The notes below the pieces were generated by a model. The model was not told where the DNA came from and did no database searches. It saw nothing but the letters and a program-made list of their open reading frames with translations. The position numbers and the translations under genes are program-made. Below, in pieces: positions 1 to 9,281 of a stretch of 64,000 nt of DNA. This DNA is from Candidatus Omnitrophota bacterium (GTDB lineage Bacteria; Omnitrophota; Gorgyraeia; Zapsychrales; JBDRMG01), in assembly GCA_043812495.1 (NCBI GenBank), contig JBDRMG010000064.1:2799-66798 (forward strand), written 5' to 3'. Numbering within the stretch: the stretch's first letter is position 1; each line of letters starts with the position of its first letter.

Positions 1-216
1 TTGATGCGCCCAGTTGCGATGAATGCCCTCATTCTCCATTTTGCGGTGAAATATTTTATCCGTGAATTCTCTAGCAAGCTCGACGGTGCGATCCGTGCTT
101 TCGTCATCGACAATCACAGTTTCATCCACCCAGCCGTGGACACTTTCCAGGCACGTGCGAATATTTTCTTCCTCGTTCTTTGTTATAACAACAACGGAGA
201 CAGGTATTTTATGCAT
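1..216 (-). CDS. GT2-family glycosyltransferase, N-terminal part (gene continues beyond the window start)
   Basis: Minus-strand translation from ATG at 216 gives MHKIPVSVVVITKNEEENIRTCLESVHGWVDETVIVDDESTDRTVELAREF. This is a typical GT2 N-terminus (VITKNEE ... IVVDDxSTD). The ORF runs off the window edge and overlaps the downstream DegT gene by 8 nt. Confidence 0.6.
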   Translation of the reverse strand, partial: MHKIPVSVVVITKNEEENIRTCLESVHGWVDETVIVDDESTDRTVELAREFTDKIFHRKMENEGIHRNWAHQ

Positions 217-1318
217 TTTTCAGAACATCCTTTAGGGTGCTCGCCACATACTCGATTTGGTCTCCTTGCATATGGGGAAACATCGGCAGCGATAATTGTT
301 TATTAGCAAAATCTTCGGCAGCGGGAAAATCACCAGGTTGATATCCTAAATCTTTGTAGGCTTCTTGAAGATGAAGCGGAATCGGAAAATGAATCAGGGC
401 GCCGATTCCTTTTTCCTGAATCTTTTCAACCACTTGATTTCTCTCTCTGACCGCCACTCCGTAGATATGAAAAACATGTGTCCGATCCGGCTTGATTGCA
501 GGAATCTGAAGTCCCGGAATATCTTTCAGTAAGGCAGCGTATTTTTGCGCGCAGGCCTGGCGCATTGCGCTCCATTGGTCCAGCCTCTTTAATTTGGCGG
601 CTAAAACAACGGCCTGAACCGTGTCCAAACGGGAATTATAGCCGATCATAATATGATCATAACGCCCTCGGCGTCCGTAATCGCGCAGCATGCGCACTTG
701 TTCGGCTATTTTGTCATCACCTGTGAGAACCATGCCACCGTCGCCAAAGGCCCCTAAATTTTTCGTCGGATAAAAGCTAAAGCAGGCGATATCGGCCAGG
801 GATCCGATGCGTTTATTCTTGTAAAAGGCCCCATGCGCTTGCGCCGCGTCTTCGATGACCGCCAGTTTATGCTTTCTGGCTATAGCAAGAATCTCATCCA
901 TATCGGCAGGTTGTCCGTAAAGATGGACAGGAATCACGGCTTTTGTTTTTTTGGTCATGGCCTTTTCAAAGGATTGCGGGTCTAGATTGTGCGAATCCTT
1001 TTGAATATCGGCGAAAACGACCTTCGCTCCCGTATAGGTCACAGCGAGCGCCGTTGCAATAAAAGTAAAGGCCGGCACAATGACTTCATCTCCCAATCCG
1101 ATCCCTAAGGCTTTGAGAGCTAAAAACAAAGCATCCGTTCCGGAATTGACGCCTATTCCGTGTTTGGCTTGCGAGTATTTGGCAAAGGCAGCTTCGAATT
1201 CTTTTTCTTGGGGTCCCAGGATAAAGCTGCCTTTCGTAAAAACATCCTTTAAGCCCGCCTGAATCTCATCCTGAATTTCCTTTAATTGTTCGCTAAAATC
1301 AACGAATGGTACTTTCAT
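209..1318 (-). CDS. DegT/DnrJ/EryC1/StrS-family PLP-dependent sugar aminotransferase
   Basis: 369 aa ORF with the family hallmarks GTDALFLALKALG, SFYPTKNLGAFGDGG and YNSRLDTVQAAV. Confidence 0.85.
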   Translation of the reverse strand: MKVPFVDFSEQLKEIQDEIQAGLKDVFTKGSFILGPQEKEFEAAFAKYSQAKHGIGVNSGTDALFLALKALGIGLGDEVIVPAFTFIATALAVTYTGAKVVFADIQKDSHNLDPQSFEKAMTKKTKAVIPVHLYGQPADMDEILAIARKHKLAVIEDAAQAHGAFYKNKRIGSLADIACFSFYPTKNLGAFGDGGMVLTGDDKIAEQVRMLRDYGRRGRYDHIMIGYNSRLDTVQAVVLAAKLKRLDQWSAMRQACAQKYAALLKDIPGLQIPAIKPDRTHVFHIYGVAVRERNQVVEKIQEKGIGALIHFPIPLHLQEAYKDLGYQPGDFPAAEDFANKQLSLPMFPHMQGDQIEYVASTLKDVLKNA

Positions 1319-2393
1319 AAGCTTCTTGAACTCCTTTCATAACATCTTCAACGCTCAAGCGATTCAAACAATTATGATGAGCGCAACTGGCCATGCGAAA
1401 ACGCCGATAACACGGATGGCAAGCTATTGGGTGAGTCACCACAACATGATTATCTTTGGGATACGGGCCATAGACGCGTTCATCGACAGGGCCGAAAATA
1501 GATACCGTCGGCACCTTCATGGCCACGGCCATGTGTAACGGCCCGCCGTCATTGACAATCGCCAAACAGCATTTCGCTAAAAGAGCAAGGGTCTGAGGAA
1601 TCGTTGCTTTTCCGGCGCATTGGATCGCCTCATGATGCATATTGTCGGCGACAAAACGGCACAGCCGCTCTTCCTCTTGGCTTCCCATTAATATAATCTT
1701 GGCGGAAAATTCCTTCACACATTGATCACCAAGCTCGGCAAATTTGCTCATCGACCATTGTTTATATTGAGCGTCTTTGCCCCAGCTGGCCCCGCCACCG
1801 GGAATGATGGCGATCAGAAAATCGTCTTTCTTAATATTATATGTCGTTAAGAGATCTTCTGCCCATTTTTTATCTTCTTTTTGCGGGAAGACCTCAAGCT
1901 TATTTCTCAAAATGGGAACCTTCAATGGTTCCAGCAAGCTTAAATAATACTCAATGACGTGTTGTTTTTCAAATCCTTTTAAATGTATTTTTCGATTCAG
2001 AAAAGGATTCCGGTTTTTGTAATTAAAGCCCACGCGCTTCCTGATACCGATCAGCCACATCAAAAAACCCGTCCAAAAATTCAGCGACAGATCCATGACG
2101 CAATCAAAATTCTCATTTTTGATATCCGCAAGCATTTGCCGCATTTTCTTGAGAAACTGAACTTTGGATTTTTTATATATTTCGTGAAACTCATCGCGCT
2201 CATAAACAAATAACTTATCAATTTTTGGATTGTTCTGAAGAATGCTCAAGGCTCTCTTGTTGCAGACATATCCGATAAAAATATCAGGAAAATGTTCTTT
2301 GAGATTGCTGATCAAGGGAGTCGTAAAGAGAACATCTCCGATGCCGAAGATATTAATAATAAGAATCCTTTTAAGCTTTCTAGACTCAGGCAT
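1299..2393 (-). CDS. Glycosyltransferase family 9 (ADP-heptose:LPS heptosyltransferase-like)
   Basis: RILIINIFGIGDVLFTTPLISNLKEHFP at the N-terminus and GGPLHMAVAMKVPTVSIFGP near the C-terminus are GT9 signatures. Start placed at Met34 of the listed ORF (ATG at 2393), because upstream codons translate a repeat element. It overlaps the DegT gene by 20 nt. Confidence 0.75.
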   Translation of the reverse strand: MPESRKLKRILIINIFGIGDVLFTTPLISNLKEHFPDIFIGYVCNKRALSILQNNPKIDKLFVYERDEFHEIYKKSKVQFLKKMRQMLADIKNENFDCVMDLSLNFWTGFLMWLIGIRKRVGFNYKNRNPFLNRKIHLKGFEKQHVIEYYLSLLEPLKVPILRNKLEVFPQKEDKKWAEDLLTTYNIKKDDFLIAIIPGGGASWGKDAQYKQWSMSKFAELGDQCVKEFSAKIILMGSQEEERLCRFVADNMHHEAIQCAGKATIPQTLALLAKCCLAIVNDGGPLHMAVAMKVPTVSIFGPVDERVYGPYPKDNHVVVTHPIACHPCYRRFRMASCAHHNCLNRLSVEDVMKGVQEAYESTIR

Positions 2394-2426
2394 ACTAAAA
2401 ATAGTTATTAATGAAAAATCGTCTTT

Positions 2427-2567
2427 AAACGCAGATTCTCCTCCTCGCTTTTCGCTCGGAGTCCCGAGCAAAAAGCGAGGGACAGATTGCACGCAGATAT
2501 TCGCAAATTAGATCGTCAAAATAAATCTGCGAATATTTGCGTTTGATTTGCGTAAATCTGCGTTCAG
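2427..2567. repeat. Palindromic repeat built from CGCAGAT/ATCTGCG heptamers (family also at 55762-55848 and 57803-57847), with an embedded extra hairpin CCTCGCTTTTCGCTCGGAGTCCCGAGCAAAAAGCGAGG
   Basis: Read directly: aaacgcagat ... tgcacgcagat attcgcaaat ... atctgcgaat atttgcgttt gatttgcgtaa atctgcgttcag. Head-to-head heptamer arms. Intergenic, between the DUF5989 gene and the GT9 gene. Confidence 0.7.
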
Positions 2568-2585
2568 AATGGTTTTTCATCTTTA

Positions 2586-2744
2586 CTAAAACAGCGTGTA
2601 GATAAAAGGCGTTACCGCCGAGCTCTCCGTAAAAACAATCAAAAGTCCCAATAATACCAGAACAATAATAATGGGCGCGAGCCAAAATCTCTTTCTGATT
2701 TTCATGAAATCCCAAAACTCTTTGATAATCGATAGCTTTGACAT
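2586..2744 (-). CDS. DUF5989-family small membrane protein (52 aa), carbamoyltransferase-associated
   Basis: Internal Met of the listed 143-aa ORF gives MSKLSIIKEFWDFMKIRKRFWLAPIIIVLVLLGLLIVFTESSAVTPFIYTLF. This short single-TM protein is typically found downstream of SxtJ and carbamoyltransferase genes. The long upstream extension of the ORF has no protein-like features. Confidence 0.65.
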   Translation of the reverse strand: MSKLSIIKEFWDFMKIRKRFWLAPIIIVLVLLGLLIVFTESSAVTPFIYTLF

Positions 2745-2758
2745 AATATCCTTTCTGC

Positions 2759-3157
2759 CTAAAATTGCTGGTGGTAGCGCTGTTGGTTGAAGTCTTCTTG
2801 TTTTCTTAAATGCCAATAGGATTCCTTCTGTGGTTCCAGTTTTTGATCGAGGGGATCTTTCTTGAGAATCCGCATGGCTAAACCCGCTATTCCAAAAAGA
2901 ACGAAGAAAACAACCGACAAAATGACGGATGTCACAACGGCGCCGATCACGTGAACAACCGCCATCCATTTTTGATATAAAGGAATAAGCGTCTCCCATT
3001 TCAAAATACTCATGCACAAAAGCATCAAGGCCACGACGCCGAGCGCAAGGGGAATCAATAAATCACCGTGTTTAACCCATAATCGATAACCCACAAAAGC
3101 CAGAATCAGGGACAGTCCATACCCAAAGACAAGAACTTGTTTTTTGATAATTTTCAT
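2759..3157 (-). CDS. SxtJ-like small membrane protein
   Basis: 132 aa with three to four predicted TM helices, immediately downstream (2-nt gap) of the carbamoyltransferase. Size and context match the SxtJ family. Confidence 0.6.
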   Translation of the reverse strand: MKIIKKQVLVFGYGLSLILAFVGYRLWVKHGDLLIPLALGVVALMLLCMSILKWETLIPLYQKWMAVVHVIGAVVTSVILSVVFFVLFGIAGLAMRILKKDPLDQKLEPQKESYWHLRKQEDFNQQRYHQQF

Positions 3158-3158
3158 T

Positions 3159-4985
3159 TCAATCCAGTTCTAAAGAAATTTTTTCTTTTTTGCATTGATG
3201 GTCAACGGATTGTTTTGTTTTATCCAAAACACAAGAACCCATCACGAGAAAATCCATATCGGTGCGCATAAAACAACGATAAGCATCTTGCGGAGTGCAG
3301 ACGATCGGCTCACCTCTTACATTAAACGACGTGTTAATAATCACCGGGCATCCGGTTAACTCATCAAAAGCCTGGATGATCTTATGAAATAGCGGATTGG
3401 TTTCTTGATTGACCGTCTGGATGCGCGCGGAATAATCGACATGTGTGACCGCCGGGATAACCGAGCGCTTCATTTTTAATTTATCAATGCCTTTGGCCTT
3501 ATCATCTTTTGATTCAGGTAATATCTTGTCCTCTTTGACCTGCGCAACCAAGAGCATGTAGGGGCTAGCGCAGCGGATATCAAAATAATCATAGGCCTTT
3601 TCTTCCGTAACCGACGGAGCAAAAGGCCGGAAAGATTCCCGGAATTTGATTTTTAAATTCATGACGGATTGCATTTTCTCGGAGCGCGCATCGCCGATAA
3701 TACTTCGCGCACCCAACGCCCGGGGACCAAATTCTACGCGCCCCTGAAAAAGACCAACCACTTTTTCTTCTTGGAGCAGCTGAGCTATTTTCTTTGCTAA
3801 ATCGATTTCATCAAACTTCTCAGCGACCGCCTGTGTATGGCGAATAAATTCTTCAATAGTTTTGTCGTCAAAGCTCGGCCCTAGACAAGAACCCTTTTGC
3901 TGATCATGAATACCATCGGCCTTTCTTTCGTGATTGAGATAACGGTACCAAATAAATAAGGCCGCTCCCAATGCGCCTCCCGCATCACCGGCCGCCGGCT
4001 GAATCCAGATATTTTCAAATGGACTTTCTTTTAAAATCCGGCCATTACCGACGCAGTTGAGGGTCACGCCTCCGGCTAAGCAAAGATTTTTCTTGCCTGT
4101 TGTTTTGTGAACATGATTCGCCATCTTAAGCATCACCTCTTCGGTGACATCCTGGATCGAACGCGCCACATCCATATAGATTTGCGTAATCGGCGATTCT
4201 GGTTTTCTTGGCGAGGCTCCAAAAAGATCATGAAATTTCTGATTGGTCATTGTCAAACCGGCGCAATAATTGAAATACTTCATATTCAGCTTAAACGAGC
4301 CATCCTCTCTGATGTCAATCAATTCGCGCCTGATGATGTCCGCATAGATGGGTTCTCCGTAAGGGGCTAAGCCCATTAGTTTGTATTCACCTGAATTCAC
4401 GCGAAACCCCGTGTAATATGTAAAGGCGGAATACAGCAAGCCCAGTGAATGAGGAAATTTGATTTCCGCCAATAGTTTGATTGTGTTATTCTCACCCACC
4501 CCATAGCTGGCCGTTGCCCATTCCCCCACGCCGTCCATCGTCAATACGGCCGCGTCTTGAAACGGCGATGGGAAAAAGGCGCTGGCCGCGTGCGCCTCGT
4601 GATGTTCTGTGAAAAGGATTTCCCCTTTGAAGTTCAATTCTGTCTGGATCAGATCCTTTAAGAAGATTTTCTGTTTCAGCCAAAGCGGAATCGCTTTTAA
4701 AAAAGACATCAACCCCAACGGCGCATACGTCAGATACGTCAGAAGAATGCGCTCAAATTTCAAGAAAGGCTTATCATAAAATGCCACGAAACTTAAATCA
4801 TCGGCACTAATACCTTCTTGGCCCAAGCAATAACGAAGCGCGTTCTCTGGAAACGAGAAATCATGTTTTTTACGGGTAAAACGTTCTTCTTGCGCAGCCG
4901 CCATGATTTTTCCGTCTTTAACTAAACACGCGGCGCTATCGTGATAAAAAGCGGAAATGCCTAGAATATAGATTGGTTTACTCAT
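3159..4985 (-). CDS. Carbamoyltransferase (NodU/CmcH family)
   Basis: 608 aa. The N-terminus MSKPIYILGISAFYHDSAACLVKDGKIMAAAQEERFTRKKHD is the classic Carbam_trans_N/YrdC-like start, and the C-terminal domain is conserved. Confidence 0.9.
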   Translation of the reverse strand: MSKPIYILGISAFYHDSAACLVKDGKIMAAAQEERFTRKKHDFSFPENALRYCLGQEGISADDLSFVAFYDKPFLKFERILLTYLTYAPLGLMSFLKAIPLWLKQKIFLKDLIQTELNFKGEILFTEHHEAHAASAFFPSPFQDAAVLTMDGVGEWATASYGVGENNTIKLLAEIKFPHSLGLLYSAFTYYTGFRVNSGEYKLMGLAPYGEPIYADIIRRELIDIREDGSFKLNMKYFNYCAGLTMTNQKFHDLFGASPRKPESPITQIYMDVARSIQDVTEEVMLKMANHVHKTTGKKNLCLAGGVTLNCVGNGRILKESPFENIWIQPAAGDAGGALGAALFIWYRYLNHERKADGIHDQQKGSCLGPSFDDKTIEEFIRHTQAVAEKFDEIDLAKKIAQLLQEEKVVGLFQGRVEFGPRALGARSIIGDARSEKMQSVMNLKIKFRESFRPFAPSVTEEKAYDYFDIRCASPYMLLVAQVKEDKILPESKDDKAKGIDKLKMKRSVIPAVTHVDYSARIQTVNQETNPLFHKIIQAFDELTGCPVIINTSFNVRGEPIVCTPQDAYRCFMRTDMDFLVMGSCVLDKTKQSVDHQCKKEKISLELD

Positions 4986-4986
4986 T

Positions 4987-5826
4987 TTATTTAATTCTTA
5001 TTTTAATTCTCTTCGGACTTTTATATCGCACGCGAAAAACTTTAAAAGGATGCCACCAGTATTTTCTTGAAATTTTAACCCAATCGTCTTGGCTTAATCC
5101 GTGTTCTTCTATTTTCTCGCGCATGACAGCTGGATGCGTCCCAAAATAAATCGGAAAGCGATCTAAATGGTCAAAAGAATTTTGTAACGATTTTTCCTTA
5201 TCGGAGAATCCGATGTCCTGTGCGTTTTCTCGTCTCATTTTCATGATTTCAGGATTTTGAACCCATCCATAATGATACAAGAACTTTCTTGTGTTGATGC
5301 GTTTCAGGGGCTGACCGTCTTTACGCTTAAAAGTATAAGCGTCCTCGCAGGATATAATCTCGCCGTTATTCTTGATAATCCTGTCCTGCTTTTGATACCA
5401 GCCAAGATCGATGCGGTAGCGATAATAGCTGCCGTAAAAATGCAGCCAGGCAAAGCGAAGTGCCTCGGCGTCCTGATTATGCAGATTCTCTTCCATGCAT
5501 TGACGCAGGAAAGGCAAATCCGCTTCATGAATCACTTCATCGCTCTGTAAATAAAAAGCCCAATCCCCCGAACATTCCTTCAAGGCCAAATTTGTCTGAT
5601 GCGAAAGAACCTCTTTGCCTTTCGATAAATCCCATTGATTCTGAACAATTTTAATTTTTTCGTCTTTCAAGGATCGGATAAGCTCTAGCGTGCTATCTTG
5701 GCTATCCCCTACATTCACAATAAACTCATCGCAAATCGGCAAAATCGATTGGATAGATTCCAAAACAGGATATCCAAATTTGACGGCATTTCGCGTAATC
5801 GTAAAGCCGCTAACTTTCATAAACAT
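4987..5826 (-). CDS. Putative glycosyltransferase (GT2-like fold)
   Basis: 279 aa. N-terminal SGFTITRNAVKFGYPVLESIQSILPICDEFIVNVGDSQDSTLE and a DXD-like LQSDEV. Tightly packed between the carbamoyltransferase and the GT4 gene. Confidence 0.5.
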   Translation of the reverse strand: MFMKVSGFTITRNAVKFGYPVLESIQSILPICDEFIVNVGDSQDSTLELIRSLKDEKIKIVQNQWDLSKGKEVLSHQTNLALKECSGDWAFYLQSDEVIHEADLPFLRQCMEENLHNQDAEALRFAWLHFYGSYYRYRIDLGWYQKQDRIIKNNGEIISCEDAYTFKRKDGQPLKRINTRKFLYHYGWVQNPEIMKMRRENAQDIGFSDKEKSLQNSFDHLDRFPIYFGTHPAVMREKIEEHGLSQDDWVKISRKYWWHPFKVFRVRYKSPKRIKIRIK

Positions 5827-6919
5827 CCTTGTAGACCCGGAGGGTCTCCTGCGCTGTTTTTAAGAAAGAAAATTCCTCTGCTCTCCCTAAAGCCTTGATT
5901 CTCAATTCTTGTTCACATTTTTCATCTTCAAGAACACGGATGATGGCTTGCGCAATATCCTCAGGATTGTAGGGATCGACGATTAGCGCCGCATCTTTGG
6001 CAATCTCCGGGCACGAGGAAGCGTTGCTTGTTACAACCGCCGCGCCGCAGCTCAAAGCTTCAAGAATCGGAAATCCGAAACCTTCATAAAAAGACGGATA
6101 TGCAAAGACATCCGCGCAATTATAAAAATTCCTTAACTCCTGATCTTGGATGTAGCCGACAAAAACAACGTCATTCTTAAGTCCGAGGTCCTTGACCATA
6201 TTTGCAATATCGTCGCTCATCCACCCTTTCATCCCGATAACCACAAGCTTCCTTGAAATATTCTTTTTCTTCATGAGCGAGAACGCCAACAGAAGATTCT
6301 TGAGATTCTTCCTGGGCTCAATGGTTCCGACAAATAAAATGAAGGGCTGTTTGATACCCCGCGCCTGAATCGCTTGCCTCCCTTGAGCTTTTTGCTTTTC
6401 ATCGAGGGGATAAAAATTTGTTTTATCCACGCCCTGATAGACCACGCATGTTTTATCCTCTTTAATCGGATAAAAGCGTTGCAGATCGGTCTGCGTGCTT
6501 TTTGAGACGCAAATAATGCGATCGGCTTTCGATGTGATCTCGTTGAATTGCTTTTCAACAGTTTTGATGGTGCTCGGCGTATGCCCTTCAGGATATGTCC
6601 TGTGAATCAGATCATGGACCGTCACGATGATTTTGGCCTCATCGATATCGATCGTATCCGGACTCGGGGAATGATAAAGATCCACCGGCCCCAGCGTTGC
6701 GTTGAGGCCCTGGTTCAACCAATCGTGCTTAATATGAAAGTTTTTCGCCTTGACCTTGGGTGCCTGACGGCTAAAATCAAAAAGACCTTTTTTAATGTAG
6801 AGGCGATAATCGTTGGTCGCGTCGATATCGGATAAAGAAAAAACAAGATTGCGGGCGTAGCGACCGATCCCTGTGGTGTGCTTTTTTAAGAAAGAGCGGC
6901 AATTAATGGCAATGCGCAT
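5810..6919 (-). CDS. Glycosyltransferase family 4 (GT-B, RfaG-like)
   Basis: 369 aa with the C-terminal EGFGFPILEALSCGAAVVTSNASSCPEIA motif typical of GT4/GT1 enzymes. Confidence 0.85.
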   Translation of the reverse strand: MRIAINCRSFLKKHTTGIGRYARNLVFSLSDIDATNDYRLYIKKGLFDFSRQAPKVKAKNFHIKHDWLNQGLNATLGPVDLYHSPSPDTIDIDEAKIIVTVHDLIHRTYPEGHTPSTIKTVEKQFNEITSKADRIICVSKSTQTDLQRFYPIKEDKTCVVYQGVDKTNFYPLDEKQKAQGRQAIQARGIKQPFILFVGTIEPRKNLKNLLLAFSLMKKKNISRKLVVIGMKGWMSDDIANMVKDLGLKNDVVFVGYIQDQELRNFYNCADVFAYPSFYEGFGFPILEALSCGAAVVTSNASSCPEIAKDAALIVDPYNPEDIAQAIIRVLEDEKCEQELRIKALGRAEEFSFLKTAQETLRVYKDVYES

Positions 6920-6931
6920 GAATAATTTTTC

Positions 6932-8062
6932 TTATTTTGTTTCTGATTTTAGGAACTTATCAATCGTCTGAATCACATAGTCGAGATGCGGGCGATCCAA
7001 ATCCTGATGCACGCCGATATGCAGGCCCTGCTCGCCGAAATATTCCGCGTTCGGAAAATCACCCAGTTTGTGACCGAGAAAAGCATATCCCGGACACTGT
7101 GTCGGCATGGAATAGAAAAGATTACGCGAATCAATCCCGGCTTTGTCGATATAATGAACGAATTCATCGCGCGTAAAAGGAACGTTTTCTTTTAAGGTGA
7201 TCGGAAAGGCATGCGGCCCGAGTTTTTCGTAGGGTTCTTCTTTGATGGAGAAAAGATATTTTTCGAACTGCTTAAATTGGTCGATCAAATACAACATATT
7301 TTCGCGTCTTTTCTCGAGAATCTTCTTGAAAATTCGAACATTTCCGAGGCCCACCGCAGCCTCGATTTCATTCATTTTGGCTGAAAATCCCACGCGCTTA
7401 TAAACAAATTTATGCTCCATGCCGTGGTTTCTTAAGGAGCGCAATATGTCTGCCATTTTGGCGTCATTGGTTAGAACTATACCGCCTTCGATCGTGGTAA
7501 TAATGTGGGCTGCGTAAAGGCTAAAGGCCGCCATATGGCCTAAGGTCCCGATTGTCTTGCCTTTGTATTCCGCGCCATGCGCTTCCGCCGCGTCCTCAAC
7601 GACATAAAGATTATGCTTCTTGGCAATTTCTAAAATTGGATCCATATCTGCCGGCTTTCCCATGAGATGCACCGGCATGATGGCCTTTGTTTTCTTGGTA
7701 ACTTTGGCCTCGATCTTCGCAGAATCAATGTTGAGTGTTTCTTTTTGAACGTCGACGAAAACAGGCGTAAATCCGGCATTCAAAACAGCATTACCTGTCG
7801 CAACAAACGATAAAGCCGGAATGATCACTTCGTCACCGCGCTTAGCACCATAATCATAAAGCACGGCCAGAGAAAGCGTATTGGCATCTGTTCCGCTTGA
7901 GACAGCCACGGCCTCTTTTGTACCGAATATTTTGGCAAATTCTTTTTCAAATTCCGCGACATATTTCCCACGCGTGATCCATCCCGTATCGAGAATCTGA
8001 TTAATTAATTCGCGCGCTTCATTCGTCACCGAAATCGTTCCAAAAGGTACTTTGTATTCCAT
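6932..8062 (-). CDS. DegT/DnrJ/EryC1/StrS-family sugar aminotransferase (second copy)
   Basis: Start at Met10 of the listed ORF (ATG 8062), preceded by AAGGAAGG. Motifs SSGTDANTLSL and PVHLMGKPADMD. Confidence 0.85.
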   Translation of the reverse strand: MEYKVPFGTISVTNEARELINQILDTGWITRGKYVAEFEKEFAKIFGTKEAVAVSSGTDANTLSLAVLYDYGAKRGDEVIIPALSFVATGNAVLNAGFTPVFVDVQKETLNIDSAKIEAKVTKKTKAIMPVHLMGKPADMDPILEIAKKHNLYVVEDAAEAHGAEYKGKTIGTLGHMAAFSLYAAHIITTIEGGIVLTNDAKMADILRSLRNHGMEHKFVYKRVGFSAKMNEIEAAVGLGNVRIFKKILEKRRENMLYLIDQFKQFEKYLFSIKEEPYEKLGPHAFPITLKENVPFTRDEFVHYIDKAGIDSRNLFYSMPTQCPGYAFLGHKLGDFPNAEYFGEQGLHIGVHQDLDRPHLDYVIQTIDKFLKSETK

Positions 8063-8075
8063 GTGTCCCTTCCTT

Positions 8076-9281
8076 TTAAACCCTCCCAAGAGGTTTTCTG
8101 AATTTTAACCGCAATAATGCAAAGACAAGCAGCAAGGCTGCGATGGTGACCGAAGACAGTTCTTCAAACAAATTCTCAAATTGATCTCCCACCACCGACT
8201 CCGCGGCCCAACTTGATAAAGCAAAAGCCAAAATCATCAAAACAAGCGTCAGTTTATCCTTGAAGTTCTCCTTCATCAGATAGCTCAATAAATAAATGTA
8301 AACGAATAAAAGGACAACAAAGTTTGTCATCCAGGCATTGGGATTAAAGATAGCCATGCCAATCATCAAAAGTCCGTAATCGATCAAGTTGGTGTCATTG
8401 CGGTTAGCCGCCGGCTGAAGCGTTAAAAGATAAATAAGCACGGCTAGAAAAATACCCGTTAACAAAGCTTCCTGAAATGTCAAGCGACCGACCGGTCTTC
8501 CGTAAGGCGAATCTGGTGATAGATACCTTAAAGCAAACGAATAGACAGACTGGTTTTTATAATCATACCAGCTAGATTGATCCAACGATGTTTTTGTAAT
8601 AAACGGCATCCATTTCTGAAGATAATTCACTTGGTTATCTACGCCAACATAAAGAGCAGGTAATGCCAAGAAAATGCATACAAAACATATCGTTAAAATA
8701 ATAATCCCGGTCCTGGCGCGTAAAAGTAAATACGGCAAAAAAATGGCCGGCATATATTTGAACATGACCGAAAGACCTAGAAAGGCCGACCCAAAGAAAG
8801 CTCTTTTATTTTCGAATAAATAAAGCGCCACCAATACCAAGAAAACCATGATGAGATTCACCTGCCCTGAATCCCACACAAGAAGTATGAAACGCGACGT
8901 GAAAAGAATGGAAAAGAAAAACATCGCGATTTTCTTTCTTAATGATAATTCTTCTATTCCGACTAGCTTAGCGGATACAAAACAAATTCCTATTAAAGAA
9001 AGGAAATTTAACGTAAAAAAGACCAAACTGGCCTGATGCTTGGGTAATAAACTTAAAGGGGAAATGAGCATCGCAAACATCGGTGAATATTTAAATGGCG
9101 TGATTTTCTTATCAGGACGACTATAGATATCCTTCTTTTCAAGAAATCGTTCACCGGTCGCGTAATAGACGCGAAAATCGGAATATTTTCTCTGCGGCGC
9201 GCGATTGGCATAGCGAACGAGATTGCCCGTAAAAACCGCGCAGATAACCAACAGAATGATGATTTTAAGACTCCGGCGCAT
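8076..9281 (-). CDS. Polytopic membrane glycosyltransferase, GT-C fold (ArnT/PMT-like)
   Basis: About 11 predicted TM helices, 401 aa from ATG 9281 (MRRSLKIIILLVICAVF). The 5' extension in the listed ORF overlaps the upstream GT2 gene. It is paired with an ArnC-like GT2 through a 17-nt overlap. Confidence 0.55.
   Translation of the reverse strand: MRRSLKIIILLVICAVFTGNLVRYANRAPQRKYSDFRVYYATGERFLEKKDIYSRPDKKITPFKYSPMFAMLISPLSLLPKHQASLVFFTLNFLSLIGICFVSAKLVGIEELSLRKKIAMFFFSILFTSRFILLVWDSGQVNLIMVFLVLVALYLFENKRAFFGSAFLGLSVMFKYMPAIFLPYLLLRARTGIIILTICFVCIFLALPALYVGVDNQVNYLQKWMPFITKTSLDQSSWYDYKNQSVYSFALRYLSPDSPYGRPVGRLTFQEALLTGIFLAVLIYLLTLQPAANRNDTNLIDYGLLMIGMAIFNPNAWMTNFVVLLFVYIYLLSYLMKENFKDKLTLVLMILAFALSSWAAESVVGDQFENLFEELSSVTIAALLLVFALLRLKFRKPLGRV

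Noticed and set aside
1-306. Plus-strand 101-aa ORF at the window start
   Set aside because: The opposite strand encodes a convincing GT2 N-terminus (VITKNEE ... VDDESTD). The plus-strand translation has no protein-like features.
2425-3017. 96-aa and 143-aa minus-strand ORFs spanning the repeat region
   Set aside because: Their 5' portions translate the CGCAGAT repeat. Only the last 52 codons of the 143-aa ORF (the DUF5989 protein) look genuine.
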